Made by a program: the position numbers and the translations under genes. The notes beneath the pieces were generated by a model, which saw only the letters and a list, made by a program, of their open reading frames with translations, ran no database searches and had not been told where the DNA came from. From positions 23,684,001-23,748,000 of the forward strand of contig OZ024753.1 in the NCBI GenBank assembly GCA_964016885.1: a stretch of 64,000 nt of DNA, in the 5' to 3' direction. Positions 14,790 through 28,500 of this stretch are shown here, piece by piece; within the stretch, counting starts at the first letter, position 1, and every line of letters begins with the position of its first letter. The stretch is from Eledone cirrhosa (Eukaryota).

Positions 14790-15047
14790 GAGATAGTGTT
14801 CTTGCAGAGAGGGTAAACCAGGAATCATCCTCAAATACTGTTCTGTTCCTTTCTAGATCATTCCCAGTGCTCCGGTAATCACTGGTATTTTAACGGCCTT
14901 GAGGTGCCACATTTTTTTGATTTCAATAAGCAGATCTTTATATTTTCTTAGCTTCTCGAATTCCTTTGTCGCGATATTGTGATCACATGGTGTGCTCATA
15001 TCAACCAATAAATAGACCTTGCTATGTTGGTCTTTTACAATGATATC
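14790..15047 (-). mobile_element. R4/Dong-like LINE fragment, restriction-like endonuclease domain (pseudogenised)
   Basis: Minus-strand translation DIIVKDQHSKVYLLVDMSTPCDHNIATKEFEKLRKYKDLLIEIKKMWHLKAVKIPVITGALGMI*KG; abuts a (TAA)n tract at 15048-15080. Confidence 0.85.
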
Positions 15048-15084
15048 TTATTATTATTATTGGTTATAATAATAATAATTTCCA

Positions 15085-15230
15085 GCATAGTTACGTCCCT
15101 TTACGGTCTGAGTTCAAATCCCGCCGAGGTTAACTTTGCCTTTCATCCTTACGGGGTCTATAAAGTAAAGTACCAGTAATGTACTGGGTGATTGCTGGCC
15201 TTGTGCCAAAAGTAGAAACAATTATTATTG
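15085..15230 (+). mobile_element. tRNA-derived SINE (5' truncated)
   Basis: Pol III B box GAGTTCAAATCC, core AACTTTGCCTTTCATCCTTACGGGGTC, ATT-repeat tail; close match to 20165-20322. Confidence 0.85.
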
Positions 15231-15479
15231 GTTATTGGTCTGATCGGACGTCGTTTTGCTCACTGCCGTAAATCTCTTTATTTACCTGTCATAAATCATG
15301 TGTTGTAAATTTTTGTTGACGTGAAAGGGGCATAAGCCACTGGACTTTGCCCTGTGAAGGGGAAAGTATAATATTTGGGCCTTTTCGCCCAAACATGTGA
15401 ACTTTGTTTAAAAGAAAATATAATTATTACGTCTGACAGCGGTTTAAACGTTGAGGCGAATAACGCTGCCCCTCCCACA

Positions 15480-16746
15480 GCAAATATGAACACCAACACC
15501 ACATTAAGCAGTATCGCCAACAGCAACAACGACACCTACAACAACAACGACACCAACAATAATGAGAACATCAATAACAGCAGCCACAACGACAACACCA
15601 AGAACAACGACAACACCAACAACACCACCAATAACAATATGAACATTACCAACAACAGGAACACTTTCGTTGCGGCAGCAGCCAAAGAGAGGCTATGCTT
15701 CAGCAAGGACCCCACGAATAAAGATGAAAAATTGGCCCAGGCCTGGAAGCTCATCAAGCAACAGCGACCCTGGGCAAACTTAACTGTCCCGGTAGAAGCT
15801 ATTGAAGCAGTGGAGCGTAGAACGGTGCAGTACAAATGAATCTCAGCAGAAACCAAGAGGGTAGCTTTGATTGCACTAGCAGATGTTGAAGCCGCGCTGA
15901 GGTGCATCAGGGATGACACCGAGTACTTAGCGAGGGGCAGACAATACGGCACCATTTCGGTGCTGTTTAAGTCAGAAGCCCCCCTCTATATAACATGCAA
16001 TGACCTCTTGCAAAACCAGCAAGGTCATGTACCCCACCCACATGGTAAAAAGAACAGTTCGTGTCCGCATTCCCAAGATCCCACCAGGACTTGATATGTG
16101 GTGGCTCCTGGGATGCGTGATTGTGGAGGGTCCGATACCGTCCCAATAGAGGTGACGAGGACTGCCAGGGAGGACTGGTCCGGGGTTGACCTGGAAATAC
16201 TTCCCCAGATCAGGCCCTAAAATGTAAAAACAATCCCGGACCACATCCCTCTCCAGAACGAGACAGTGGTACATATAATGACTGAGGGCAAAAAGCTGCA
16301 TTGTTTCCTTTACGGAGAAACAATCCCTTTGCAAGCCTTTTCCTCTCAACTGTTGAAAGGTGCAGGGGGTCAAGGTCTCCGACCCCGGGGGGGGGGGCCG
16401 CCAGCAACAACACCAATGGAAGCTCCACCACCAACATTGGTCACCCAGGGGGGAAACAAGGAAAGCCTCCCTCCCCAGGAATACATACATGAATAAAATC
16501 ATAAACACACACACACAGACACAGACTCACTTACAGACACAGATTCCTCATCTTCCAGTAGTGAAGTTGAGGGAAAACCAAAATCCTCTCAAAATAAAAA
16601 AGAAAACACACAAAGAAAAATCTCAACACAGCACAAAAACACCCACAATAAAAAAAATGCAGACACCACCCACGCAAACATCTCCCCAACAACACCAACA
16701 TCAACATCAATATCACCACCCACCCCCTCAAACGCAAACAACCTAA
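15480..16746 (+). pseudogene. Probable ORF1 relic of a Tx1/L1-like LINE (Asn-rich N-terminus, broken by stops and frameshifts)
   Basis: Collinear ORF pieces 15375-15839, 15867-16094, 16266-16496; TFVAAA motif; lies directly upstream of the RT relic on the same strand. Confidence 0.5.
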
Positions 16747-16889
16747 ACAGACCGACTAGATTTCCCTAATGCGCCAGTGTGGACCTGGACCAACCGCATA
16801 GGGTCATGTAGATCGTATATAGACAGGTTATATAGACAGGAAAATAGATAAAAAATAGTGTAGATAAAAGATAGTGTAAAAAATAGTGT

Positions 16890-17995
16890 AGGCTGTCCAC
16901 GTTTTAAAACTGTGATGCTAGCAGCAAGAATGGAATTAGATCATTTCTTCGATGCGAAACACGAAGGTTGCATTGTTAGAGCTAAGGCGCGTGCTCTGAG
17001 AAACGAGGGAGGTGCCGCGTGGTAATAAAACCACAATTTGATGGACCGAGACGGTCACGAGCTGATCGATTCCAAGCGGATGTGTGAGGCCTTTCGCCAG
17101 CATTTTGCTTGGTTGTTCGGGGGAAGTGGCGCATCAAAGCCGGTGGCGGACTTCAGACCCTACCACGACGGCTTGCCGCGCCTACTCGACGGCCGACGCT
17201 GAGCGCTGCGAAAGGCCGTTAACTTAGGCCGAAATCCAGGATGCCCTTGTCGGCAGCACGAGGCGCAAGTTACCCGGTTTGGATAGTCTGCCCTACGAGC
17301 TTTACGTAAATATGCCAGACTTTTTCTCCGATTTCCTCGAAGCGCTCTACTGCAACTGGCAGCAGAATGGGAGTATTCCCAGTAGTGATGTTAAGGTGTA
17401 GTGATGCTGATAAGGAAAGACGAGAACAAGAGGGACACATTAGATAACTTCAGACCCATAACTCTGCTCGACACAGAATTTAAGATTTTGGCCAAGGTGT
17501 GTGGGAAGTGGTTGGCGCTTGTCGAAGATTTGGATGGGGAGTCGCAAACTTGCGAAATCCCGACCATGTCCATACACGACAACCTCCACCTTCTGCGATA
17601 CATCATACAGAAGTTAGGGTGTAAATCTTGCTTCGGTGGGGCTCTGGTCAATTTAGATCAATTGAAAGCATTCAATATGGTCGACCATCGGTACCTGGAA
17701 GCTGTCTTCAAGGCGGCTGGCTTTGGCCTGGTCTTCAGAAGCTGGATCGCTGCAATGCACAGCGGCATCTGCGCGGTGGCCACCTCTCGAAACCGTTTCA
17801 GATCTCCCTATCGATCCGTCAAGGGTGCCCTCTCTCCTCCCTTCTGTACATATTGACTCTCGAGCCGTTACTGCGGAAGCTGGAGCTGTTGCAGGGCCTC
17901 CCGCTCGAAGCGGGATGCGGGAAGGTTATATCGGCTTATGCGAACGACATCACCGTGATGGTGTCGGACACATCGGAAATCGAGATGGTCGGCAA
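16890..17995 (+). mobile_element. Tx1/L1-clade LINE reverse transcriptase relic (frameshifted, endonuclease missing, 3' truncated)
   Basis: Motifs KLPGLDSLPYE, NFRPITLLDTEFKILAK, LDQLKAFNMVDH, IRQGCPLSSLLY, AYANDITV (YADD equivalent). Confidence 0.93.
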
Positions 17996-18630
17996 CTTAT
18001 TGGAAGCACTTTCTGGAGTTTTGTCCGGTCTATCAATTCCTGAATTTTCAGAATCTCCCACTCATGCAGAATATCTTCTTTCATTGTCCAGACAGCTGCA
18101 TCAACCAGTGAGCCAACACTGGTTGATGTTGAGGGAGTTTCTCATCTGTGTTTCAGTAATACTCTCCCCGTCTGCTTATGTTGTATGCAGGTCTCCTTCT
18201 TGACTAGGGTTGTTATGTTGCTCACTTATCTCTGCTTTGATGGTTTCCAGTTCTGATTCGGTGTCTCTTTAACATTAGCTAACCTATCCATGTCCATGTA
18301 TTCTCTGGAGTTAGGGTTGGAATTACTCCTGATAGGAGACAGGATGGCAGTATAGTACGCAGCCATCACTGCTTTGTAATCCTCTCTGGTCAATGATTGT
18401 CGTGGTTTTTTATGATGTACCTTGGTGTTGTCACCCTGTGGCTCATTGTGAGGTCTGTCCTCGGTATGAGGGTCGCTAGGAGTGTATTGGAGATGGTTGT
18501 TCCACTTGCTGATTTTTGGTGTGGGTCCTCACCCGATGCAGTATGATTTACTTCTTGTTTGTACCATCATGTTGTTAAGGGGTTAGTTATCTTTCTGGGT
18601 ACTCTCCCATAGCCGCTGATCCTGGTATTA
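17996..18630 (-). mobile_element. 5' end (5' UTR and N-terminal ORF relic) of an R4/Dong-like element
   Basis: Minus-strand pieces KKPRQSLTREDYKAVMAAYYTA, NPNSREYMDMDRLANVK, MKEDILHEWEILKIQELIDRTKLQK resemble R4/Dong N-termini (recalled, not searched). Confidence 0.6.
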
Positions 18631-18634
18631 TATT

Positions 18635-20158
18635 TTCATTTATCTTGCTTTATGTTCATACGAGTTATCACCAAGTCACAACCAGTGACCTTAAGAGACA
18701 ACAAGGTCCGCCATGTTCAAGAAAGAACACATACACACACAAATGTATCTTTAGGTGTTTAAACTTGTCATGTATTTATATTGAGAGAATCTTCCTTAGT
18801 ATATGGGCAGTTCCTATTAGTACTATCTTTTGTATTTCTTCTATACGCGGAATTTCCTGGGATTTGGGATAAGTAATCATTAGACCCCTTAAGTATCATT
18901 CCTTGAGCACCTACAACCACTGGTATTAATTTAGTTTTCAACTCCCACATTTTTCAAATCTCAATCTCCATGTCTTTATACTTGCTCAATTTTTCAAATG
19001 TTTTTATAGATACACTCTTGACTATATGAACGGACATGTCAATCAGCAGGCATACCATCTTTTTAAAGTCCTTCAGTATTATATAAGGTCTATTTGAATC
19101 TGTTTGTACGCTAAATATCCCCAAAATTGAGATGTTACTTTTTTCAAGTACGAGATGTGGTTGATGCTCTCACCAATTCTTTTGATGAGGCAGGTCAAAA
19201 TGCTTACACAATATCCAGTCTATGTATTGTGCAGCTCTGTCGTGCCTGATTAGGTATTCGGTTGGAGCTATAGGACTGCACATTGAAATTATGTGATCAA
19301 TGGTCTATGGTTGTTTTTACATACACGGCATAATGGGTTGCATCCATTTTTGATGATGTTGGCTTGGTAATTTTTTGTTGGCAGACACTGATCTTGTGCT
19401 TATATAATCAGTCCTTCAGTCTCAGATTTCAGTCCAGAGTATGCCAACCACTGATGGGTTAAAGTTTTGTCAACATCAAGATTGTTAGCTCTTTCTGGGT
19501 ATCTCACGTACAGAGGCTTTTCTTGCAATTTTTTCTTTGCAGTTACTTTTACCTGCTTTTCTTTTTCTGCGTTTTTCATTTCAGCAGTAAAGGGAACTTC
19601 TGAAATTTGTAGTTCATTATTGTATCATTGTGCATCTTTTGTAATGGAGTATGATCTTTTGTTGCTTTCATGTTTCAAAACGAATTTGATTATCCAATCA
19701 TGTGCTTCCCTTAAATATGTAGATAATCCAATTGTCAGAATTTTCAAAGAAATATCTAACTGGATTAATCCACGTCCTCCTTCTTTCCTAGGGAGATATA
19801 TTCTATATGTATCTGCCTTAGGGTGATGCATTCTGTGAATGGTTAAGAATTTCCTAATTTGTGTATCAAGTTTACGAATCTCTGTACTTGAGCAGTTGAT
19901 GACATTGTAACTGAAAGTTACTACTGGTATGGAAAGCGTGTTGATCCTATTCCTAGCATTCAACTTCAATCTTAGAATTGCTCTTACTGTACGGTAACAT
20001 TCTTTCTTTATCCTTCACCTCATTGTCGAGTGTTTGATTCCGTCTCCGTCACAAACACCTAGATATTTGTAAGTTTCTTCTTGATCAACTTCTCTTATCA
20101 CATTCCCCGATCTAAATTAATGTCTGAACTTCTCAGCAGTCCTCTGGTGAACGTGGCA
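18635..20158 (-). mobile_element. R4/Dong-like non-LTR retrotransposon, 5'-truncated: RT C-terminus, CCHC finger, restriction-like endonuclease, 3' UTR
   Basis: ETYKYLG; HHPKADTYRIYLPRKEGGRGL; GLKSETEGLI..QDQ; CR.C..TIDHIISMC; FEKLSKYKD; IPVVVGAQGMI; QKIVLIGTAHILRKILSI; several stops and frameshifts. Confidence 0.92.
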
Positions 20159-20164
20159 AAACCA

Positions 20165-20322
20165 TATTTTGCAGCGTAGAGTTACGGTCCTTTATGATCT
20201 GGGTTCAAATCCCACCGAGGTTAACTTTGTCTTTCATCCTTACGGGGTCAATAAAATAAAGTACCAGTAATACACTGGGTAATTACTGGCCTTGTGCCGA
20301 AAGTAGAAACAATTATTATTGT
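20165..20322 (+). mobile_element. tRNA-derived SINE
   Basis: B box GGTTCAAATCC, same core and tail as 15085-15230. Confidence 0.85.
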
Positions 20323-20329
20323 TGTCCGT

Positions 20330-20480
20330 ATTAAATCCTACCTCATTCAACTTTGCCTTTCATCCTTATGGGGTCGATAAAATAAATCATCAGTAAGTAC
20401 TGGGGTCGATTTAATCGACTTCTCCCTTCTCCTTCAAATTGCTGGCCTTGTGCCTCAAACAGAACCCCTTATTATTACAA
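20330..20480 (+). mobile_element. Second tandem SINE copy (longer subfamily)
   Basis: CAACTTTGCCTTTCATCCTTATGGGGTCGATAAAATAA..ACTGGGGTCGATTTAATCGAC..TTGCTGGCCTTGTGCC, TTA tail. Confidence 0.8.
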
Positions 20481-20575
20481 TTGTTGCTGTGATTATTTCT
20501 ATCACGGTTATTCCATTCCACATCTAAACCTTTCATTATTCCGGACGACAACATAAATTACCAATCAATTAATTA

Positions 20576-21244
20576 CCCTATATACTCGAATAAAAACCGA
20601 GGAAAACGTGACCCAATCGTAGAATGGCTTCGACTTATATTTAGGGTCCAATATATTGTAAATTTTCACCAACTTCAAATTCTAAGTAAATAAGGTTCGG
20701 ATCTTTGTCGATTTCTCAGACTTAAAATAGTGGGTCGGATTATATTCGAGTATAGTGGGTCGGTTATATTCGAATATAATGGGGTCGAGTTATATTCGAG
20801 TATAGTAGGGTCGAGTTATATTCGAGTATAGTGGGGTTGAGTTATATTCGAGTATAGTGGGGTCGAGTTATATTCGAGTATAGTGGGGTCAGGTTATATT
20901 CAAGTATCGTGGGGTCTGTAATATTCGAGTATAGTGAGGTCGGGTTGTATTCAAGTATCGTGGGGTCAGTTATATTCGAGTATCGTGGGGTCGGTTATAT
21001 TCGAGTATAGTGGGGTCGGTTATATTCGAGTATAGTGGGGTCGGGTTATATTCGAGTATAGTGCGGCTGGGTTATATTCGAGTATAGTGCGGCCGGGTTA
21101 TATTCAAGTATCGTGGGGTCGGTTATATTTGAGTATAGTGGGGTCGGGTTATATTGAAGTATCGTGGGTCGGTTATTATTCGAGTATCGTGGGGTGAGTT
21201 ATATTCGAGTATAGTGGGGTCGAGTTATATTCGAGTATATACGG
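20576..21244. mobile_element. Non-autonomous Tc1/mariner-superfamily (Tc2/pogo-like) MITE
   Basis: TIRs CCCTATATACTCGAATA ... TATTCGAGTATATACGG flanked by TA at 20574-75 and 21245-46; no transposase. Confidence 0.8.
20727..21240. repeat. 25-26-bp minisatellite TTATATTCGAGTATAGTGGGGTCGRG (~20 copies) inside the MITE
   Basis: Direct reading. Confidence 0.95.
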
Positions 21245-21344
21245 TATTTCAGTTTATTGGTTTTCTCACCGATCAGTCAAATTTCTGACCTTCTGCCATA
21301 TTTTGTAGAATTATTAAAGTCAGTAGGAATAACTTGAGCTATTT

Positions 21345-21483
21345 GTTTTCAGTTCTCATCAAGGTCAACTTCACAGTTCAGTTTTCTGACGAGATCGATA
21401 AATCAAAGCATCAGTCAAACACTGAGATCGAAGCAGTCGATATATTCCTCCCCCTTAAATTGTTGGTCGTGTATCTAAATTAA
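21345..21483 (+). mobile_element. Highly degenerate SINE
   Basis: AGGTCAACTT..TCGATAAAT..ACTGAGATCGA..GTCGA..CTCCCC..AAATTGTTGG collinear with 20330-20480. Confidence 0.55.
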
Positions 21484-21486
21484 TAG

Positions 21487-21550
21487 CTACTACTACTACT
21501 ACTACTTCTACTACTACTACTACTGATGCTACTACTGTTGCTACTACTGG

Positions 21551-21622
<72 letters not shown>
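21487..21622. repeat. (CTA)n microsatellite
   Basis: Direct reading. Confidence 0.95.
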
Positions 21623-21774
21623 AGTTCGATTATGGCAGCTGTTGCATTAATGACATAAAGAGAAATATTGCTACTCCATCATTTTTCTAAAATAACAACA
21701 ATAACAATAAGTTGTGTTGTAACCATGGAAAACAAAGGAAGGAAACGAAAGACATTGAAAAGCATCACATCAAC

Positions 21775-21832
21775 CATAATGATAATAATAATGATAATAA
21801 CAATAACAATAATAACAATAATAATAATAATA
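21775..21832. repeat. (ATA)n microsatellite
   Basis: Direct reading. Confidence 0.9.
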
Positions 21833-22299
21833 AAGTTGCCCACGTTTTTGTAAAGAAACGTTTGCTGCTGCCCATTATTTGAATGTCATCTTGATCACAT
21901 GGCAACCATACGATATACTTCAATATATTACATCTATTTCATTCACATTCAATGTCTTTCTTTAGTGGTTTTTATTTTTGTTTCTTTTAGTAAATAGATT
22001 CCTAAAGACTAATTAAGTCTTCTTACTCTGGAATTTGTTTTTGAATTTCCCATAATTAGGTCTTTATTCATTAGATGTCTTTCAACTGCAGTCTAATATT
22101 CATTACGTGTTCATAATAAAAGCAAATCAAATAGAAGATAAAATTTTAATAGTCATTCATTGTTCAGCAGAAATCTAAATATTAAAATATTATTTTGGAT
22201 TTCTGTTTGGAAAACATTAACGACAAAATTATTCTGGAGCCAATCTAAATATAAGCAATGAAATATCCTTTCACACGACGATTGAACTGTTGTAAATGG

Positions 22300-22500
22300 C
22301 TTACAAACACAGTTCAATCGCTTGCCCGCCCATAGTTGTATGTCCTCCTTCATTGTCTTATTGCTACTACAATGGCTTCTACTCCTCGGAATTGTCTGAT
22401 TATGTGCAACCTCTGGAAGGCATTCCCGCACAGTTGTCCCTGATCCGCCTCGTCAGGCATATTTTATCGAAACCCCAAGAATCGTCTGCTCTCGGCAAGT
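22300..22500 (+). mobile_element. Possible 3' coding fragment of a Jockey/CR1-group LINE
   Basis: SLSYCYYNGFYSSELSDYVQPL resembles the SL.Y.YY.G.CS.EL C-terminal motif of such LINEs; short and degenerate. Confidence 0.4.
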
Positions 22501-22519
22501 TGTATTTGGTTCGTCATGA

Positions 22520-25500
22520 CGGTGAGAGTAAGAGACGGTTGGTACCTAATTTATCTTGGTAGTGACAGTAAGACTCTGTTGGTACCTACTTTATCTTGGT
22601 AGTGACAGTAGTATATTGTTGGTACCTACTTCATCTTGGTAGTGACAGTAGTACATTGTTGGTACCTAGTTCACTTTGGTAGTGACAGTAATACATTATT
22701 GGTACCTATTTATCTTGGTAGTGACAGTACTACATTGTTGGTACCTAAATTATCTTGGTAGTGACGGTAGTACACGGTTGGTACCTACTTTATCTTGGTA
22801 GTGACAGTAAGACATTACTGGTACATACTTTATCTCGGTAGTAACAGTAATACATTGTTGGTACCCACTTTATCTTGGTAGTGATAGTAGTACATTGTTG
22901 GTACCTAGTTTATCTTGGTAGTGATAGTATTACATTGTTGGTACCTACTTTATCTTGGTAGTGACAGTAAGACGACATTGTTGGTACCAACTTTATATTG
23001 GTAGTGACAGTAAGATATTGTTGGTATCTCCTTTATCTCGGTAGTGACAATAATACATTGTTGGTACCTACCTTAGCTTGGTAGTGAGAGTAATACATTG
23101 TTGGTATCAACATTATCTTAGTAGTGACAGTAAGACACTGTTGGTACTTATTTTATTTTGGTAGTGAAAGTAATACATTCTTGGTAGTAATAGTTGTACA
23201 TTGTTGGTACCTACTTTATCTTGGTAGTGACAGTGAGACGACATTGTTGGTACCTACTTTATCTTGGTAGTGACAGTAATACATTGTTAGTACCTACTTT
23301 ATCTTGGTAGTGACAGTAATACATTGTTGGAACCTACTTTATCTTGGTAGTGACAGTAAAACATTGTTGGTACCTACATTATCTTGGTAGACAGTAGTAC
23401 ACTGTTGGTATGTACATTAACTTGGTGGTGACAGTAGTACATTGTTGGTACCTACTTTATCTTGGTAGACAGTAGTTCACTGTTGGTACCTAATTTATCT
23501 TGGTAGTGACAGTAATACATTGTTGGTACCTACTTTATCTTGGTAGTGACAGTAGTACATTGTTGTTACCTACTTTATCTTGGAAGTGAATGTAGTACAC
23601 TGTTGGTACCTACTTTGTCTTGGTAGTGACAGTAGTACATTATTGGTACCTACTTTATGTTGGTAGTGACAGTAGTACATTGTTGGTACCTACTTTATCT
23701 TGGAAGTGAATGTAGTACACTGTTGGTACCTACTTTGTCTTGGTAGTGACAGTAGTACATTGTTGGTACCTACTTTATCTTTGTAATGACACTAATACAT
23801 TGTTGGTACCTAATTCACCTTGGTAGTGACTGTAATACATTGTTGGTACCTACATTATCATGGTAGTGATAGTAATACACTATTGGTACCTACTTTATAT
23901 TGGTAGTGACAGTAGTACATTGTTGTTACCTACTTTATCTTGGTAGTGGCAGTAAAACATTGTTGGTACCTAATTTATATTTGTAGTAAAATTAGTACAT
24001 TGTTGGTACGTACTTTATCTTGGTAGTGACAGTAATACATTGTTGGTACCTACTTTATCCTGGTAGTGACAGTAATACATTGTTGGTACCTACATTATCT
24101 TGGTAGTGACAGTAATACACGGTTGGTACCTACTTTATCTTGGTAGTGACAGTAGTACACGGTTGGAACCAACTTTACGTAGGTAGTGACAGTAATACAC
24201 TGTTGGTACCTACTTTGTCTCGGTAGTGACTCTAGTACATTGTTGGTACCTACTTTATCTTGGTAGTGACAGTAATACACTGTTGGTACCTACTTTATCT
24301 TGGTATTGTCAGTAATACGTTGTTGGTACTTATATTATCTTGGTAGGGACAGTAGTACATTGTTGGTACCTACTTTATCTTGGTAATGACAGTAATACAT
24401 TGTTGCTACTTACTTAACCTTGGTAGTGGCAGTAATACATTGTTGCTCCCTACATTATCTTGGTAGTGACAGTAATACACAGTTGGTACCTAGTTTATCT
24501 TGGTAGTGACTGTAGTACATTGTTGGTACATATTTTTTCTTGGAGGTGACAGTAGTACATTGTTGGTACCTATTTTATATTGGAGGTGAGAGTAATACAT
24601 TGTTGATACCTACTTTATCTTCGAAGTGAATGTAGTACACTGTTGGTACCTACTTTGTCTTGGTAGTGACAGTAGTACATTGTTGGTACCTATTTTATAT
24701 TGGAGGTGAGAGTAATACATTGTTGATACCTACTTTATCTTCGAAGTGAGAGTAATACATTGTTGGTACCTACTTTATCTTGGTAATGACAGTAATACAT
24801 TGTTGGTACCTACAGTAACTTTGTAGTGACAGTAATACACTGTTGGTACCTACATTATCTTGGTAGTGACAATGTATTACAATGTTGGTACCTACATTAT
24901 CATGGTAGTGACAGTAATAAACTATTGGAACCTACTTCATATAGGTAGTGACAGTAGTACACTGTTGGTACCTACTTTCTCTTCGTAGTAACAGTTATAC
25001 ATTGTTGCTACCTACTTTATCTTGTTAGTGGCCGTAAAACATTGTTGGTACCTACTTTATCTTGGTAGTGAGAGTAAGACACTGTTGGTGTTCACAGTAA
25101 TACATTGTTGGTACCTATTTTATATTGGTAGTGACAGTAGTACACTGTTGGTAATTACTTTATCTTGGTAGTGACAGTAATACATTGTTGCTACCTACAT
25201 TATTTTGGTAGTGACAGTAATACACTGTTGGTACCTACTCTATATTGGTAGTGACTGTAGTACATTGTTGGTACCTACTTTTTCTTGGAGGTGACTGTAG
25301 CACATTGTTGGTACCTACTTTCTCTTCGTAGTGACAGTTATACATTGTTACTATCTACTTTATATTTGTAGTAACATTAGTACATTGTTGGTACGTACTT
25401 TATCTTCGTAGTGACAGTAATAATTTGGTGGTACCTACTTTATCTTGGTAGTGACAGTAATACATTGTTGGTACCTAATTTATCTTGGTAGTGACAGTAG

Positions 25501-28500
25501 TACACTCGTGGTATCTACATTATCTTAGTAGTGACAGTAGTACATTGTTGGTAGCTACTTTATCTTGGTAGTGACAGTAGTACACTGTTGGTACCTACTT
25601 TATCCTGGTAGTAAGAGTAATACATTTTTGGTACCTACTTTATCTTGGTAGTGACTGTAGTACATTGTTGCTACCTACTTTATCTTGGTAGTGGCCGTAA
25701 AACATTGTTGGTACCTACTTTATATTTGTAGTAAAATTAGTACATTGTTGGTACGTACTTTATCTTGGTAGTGACAGTAGTACACTGTTGGTACCTACTT
25801 TATCTTGGTAGTGACAGTAGTACATTATTGGTACCTACTTTATCTTGGTAGTGACAGTAGTACATTGTTGGTACCTACTTTAGCTTGGTAGTGACAGTAG
25901 TACATTGTTGGTACCTACGTTATTTTGGTAGTAACAATAATACACGGTTGGTACGTACTTTATCTTGGTAGTGATAGTAATACATTGTTGGAACCTACTT
26001 TATCTTGGTAGTGACAATACTACATTTTTGGTACCTATTTTATCTTGGTAGTGACAATAATACATTGTTGGTTCCCACTTTATCTTGGTAGTGACAGTAG
26101 AACACTGTTGATACCTTCTTTATCTTGGTAGTGACAGTAGTACACTGTTGGTACCTACTTTATTTGGTAGTGACAATAATATTGTTGTTACCTACATTAT
26201 CTTGGTAGTGACAGTAATACACGGTTGGTACCTAGTTTATCTTGGTAGTGACATTAGTGCATTATTGGCATCAACTGTATCTTGGTAATGACAGTAATAC
26301 ATTGTTGGTACCTACTTTATCTTGGTAGTGATAGTAATACATTGTTGGAACCTACTTTATCTTGGTAGTGACAGTAGTACACTTTTGGTACCAACTTTAT
26401 ATTGGTAATGAAATTAGTACATTGTTGGTACCTACTTTATCTTGGTACAGACAGTAATACATTGTTGGTACCTACTTTATCTTGGTAGTAATTGCAATAC
26501 TCTGTTGGTACCTACTTATTCTTGGTAGTGACAGTAATACATCGTTGGTACCTACTTTAACTTGGTAGTGACAGTAATACATTTTTGGTACCTACTTTAT
26601 CTTGGTAGTAAGTGTAATACACTGTTGGTACCTACCTTATCTTGGTAGTGACAGTAATACATTTTTGGAACCTACTTTATCTTAGTAGTGACAATAATAC
26701 ATTTTTGGTACATACTTAATCTAGGTAGTGACTATAATACATTGTTGGTACCTACTTTATCTTGGTAGTGAGAGTAATACATTGTTGGTACCTACTCTAT
26801 CTTGGTAGTGATTGTAGTACACTGTTGGTACTTACTTTATCTTCGTAGTGACAGTTATACATTGTTGGTACCTGCTTTATATTGGTAGTAAAATTAGTAC
26901 ATTATTGGTACATATTTTATCTTGATAGTGACAATGTATTACACTGTTGGTACCTACTTTATCATGGTAGTGAGAGTAAGACACTGTTGGTGGTGACAGT
27001 AGTACCTTGTTGGTACCTACTTTATCTTGGTAGTGACAGTAGTACACTGTTGGCACCTACTTTATCTTGGTAGTGACAGTAATACATTGTTGGTACATAC
27101 TTTATCTTGGTAGTGACAGTAGTACACTGTTGGAACCTACGTTGCCTTGGTAGTGACGGTAGTACATTGTTGGTACCTACTTTATCTTGGTAGTGACAGT
27201 AGTACATTGCTGGTACCTACTTCATCTTGGTAGTGACAGTAGTACCTTATTGGTACCTACCTTATCTCGGTAGTGACAGTAATATATTGTTGGTACTTAA
27301 TTTAACTTGGTAGTGACAGTAATACATTGTTGGTACCTACTTTATCTTGGTAGTGACAGTAATACATATTTGGTACCTACTTAATCTTGGTAGTGACAGT
27401 AGTACACTGTTGATACCTACTTTATCTTGGTAGTGACAGTAGTACATTTTTGGTACCTACTTTATCTTGGTAGTGCCCATAGTACATTGTTGGAACTTAT
27501 TTTATCTTGGTAGTCACAGCAATACATTGTTGGTACCTACTTTATCTTGGTAGTGACAGTAGTACATTGTTGGTACCTACGTTGCCTTGGTAGTGACGGT
27601 AGTACATTGTTTATACCTACCTTATCTTGGTAGTGAGAGTAGTACATTGCTGGTACCTATTTTATCTTGTCAGTGACAGCAGTACACTGTTGGCACCTAC
27701 TTTATCTTGGTAGTGATAATAGTACATTGTTGGTACCTACTTTATCTTGGTAGTAACAGTAAGAGGACATTGTTGTTACCTACTTTGTCTTGGTAGTGAG
27801 AGTAATACATTGTTGGTACCTAATTTAACTTGGTAGTGACAGTAATACATTGTTGGTACCTACTTTATCTTGGTAGTGACAGTAGTACATTGTTGGTACC
27901 TACCTTATCTTGGTAGTGACAGTAATACATTGTTGGAACCTACGTTATCTTGGTAGTGACAGTAGTACATTTTTGGTACCTACCTTATCTTGGTAGTGAC
28001 AGTAATATATTGTTGGTACCTACTTTATATTGGTAGTAACAGTAATATTGTTGGTAGTGACAGTAATACACGCTGGTCCCTAGTTTATCTTGGTAGTGAC
28101 AGTAGTACATAATTGGTTTCCTATTGTATATTTGTAGTGACAGTAATACACTGTTGGTACCTATTTAATCTTGGTAGTGACAGTAATACACTGTTGGAAC
28201 AAACTTTATATAGGTAGTGACTGTAGTACACTGTTGGTACCTACTTTACCTTCGTAGTGACAGTTATACATTGTTGGTACCTACTTTATATAGGTAGTGA
28301 CAGTAGTACATTTTTGGTACCTACTTTTTATTGGTAGTGTAATTAGTATATTCTTGGTACCTACTTTATCTTGGTAGTAACAGTAAGAGGACATTGTTGT
28401 TACCTACTTTGTCTTGGTAGTGAGAGTAATACATTGTTGGTACCTAATTTAACTTGGTAGTGACAGTAATACATTGTTGGTACCTACTTTATCTTGGTAG

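Noticed and set aside
15105-15130. tRNA-like GTTCAAATCC
   Set aside because: SINE B box with no cloverleaf; not a tRNA gene
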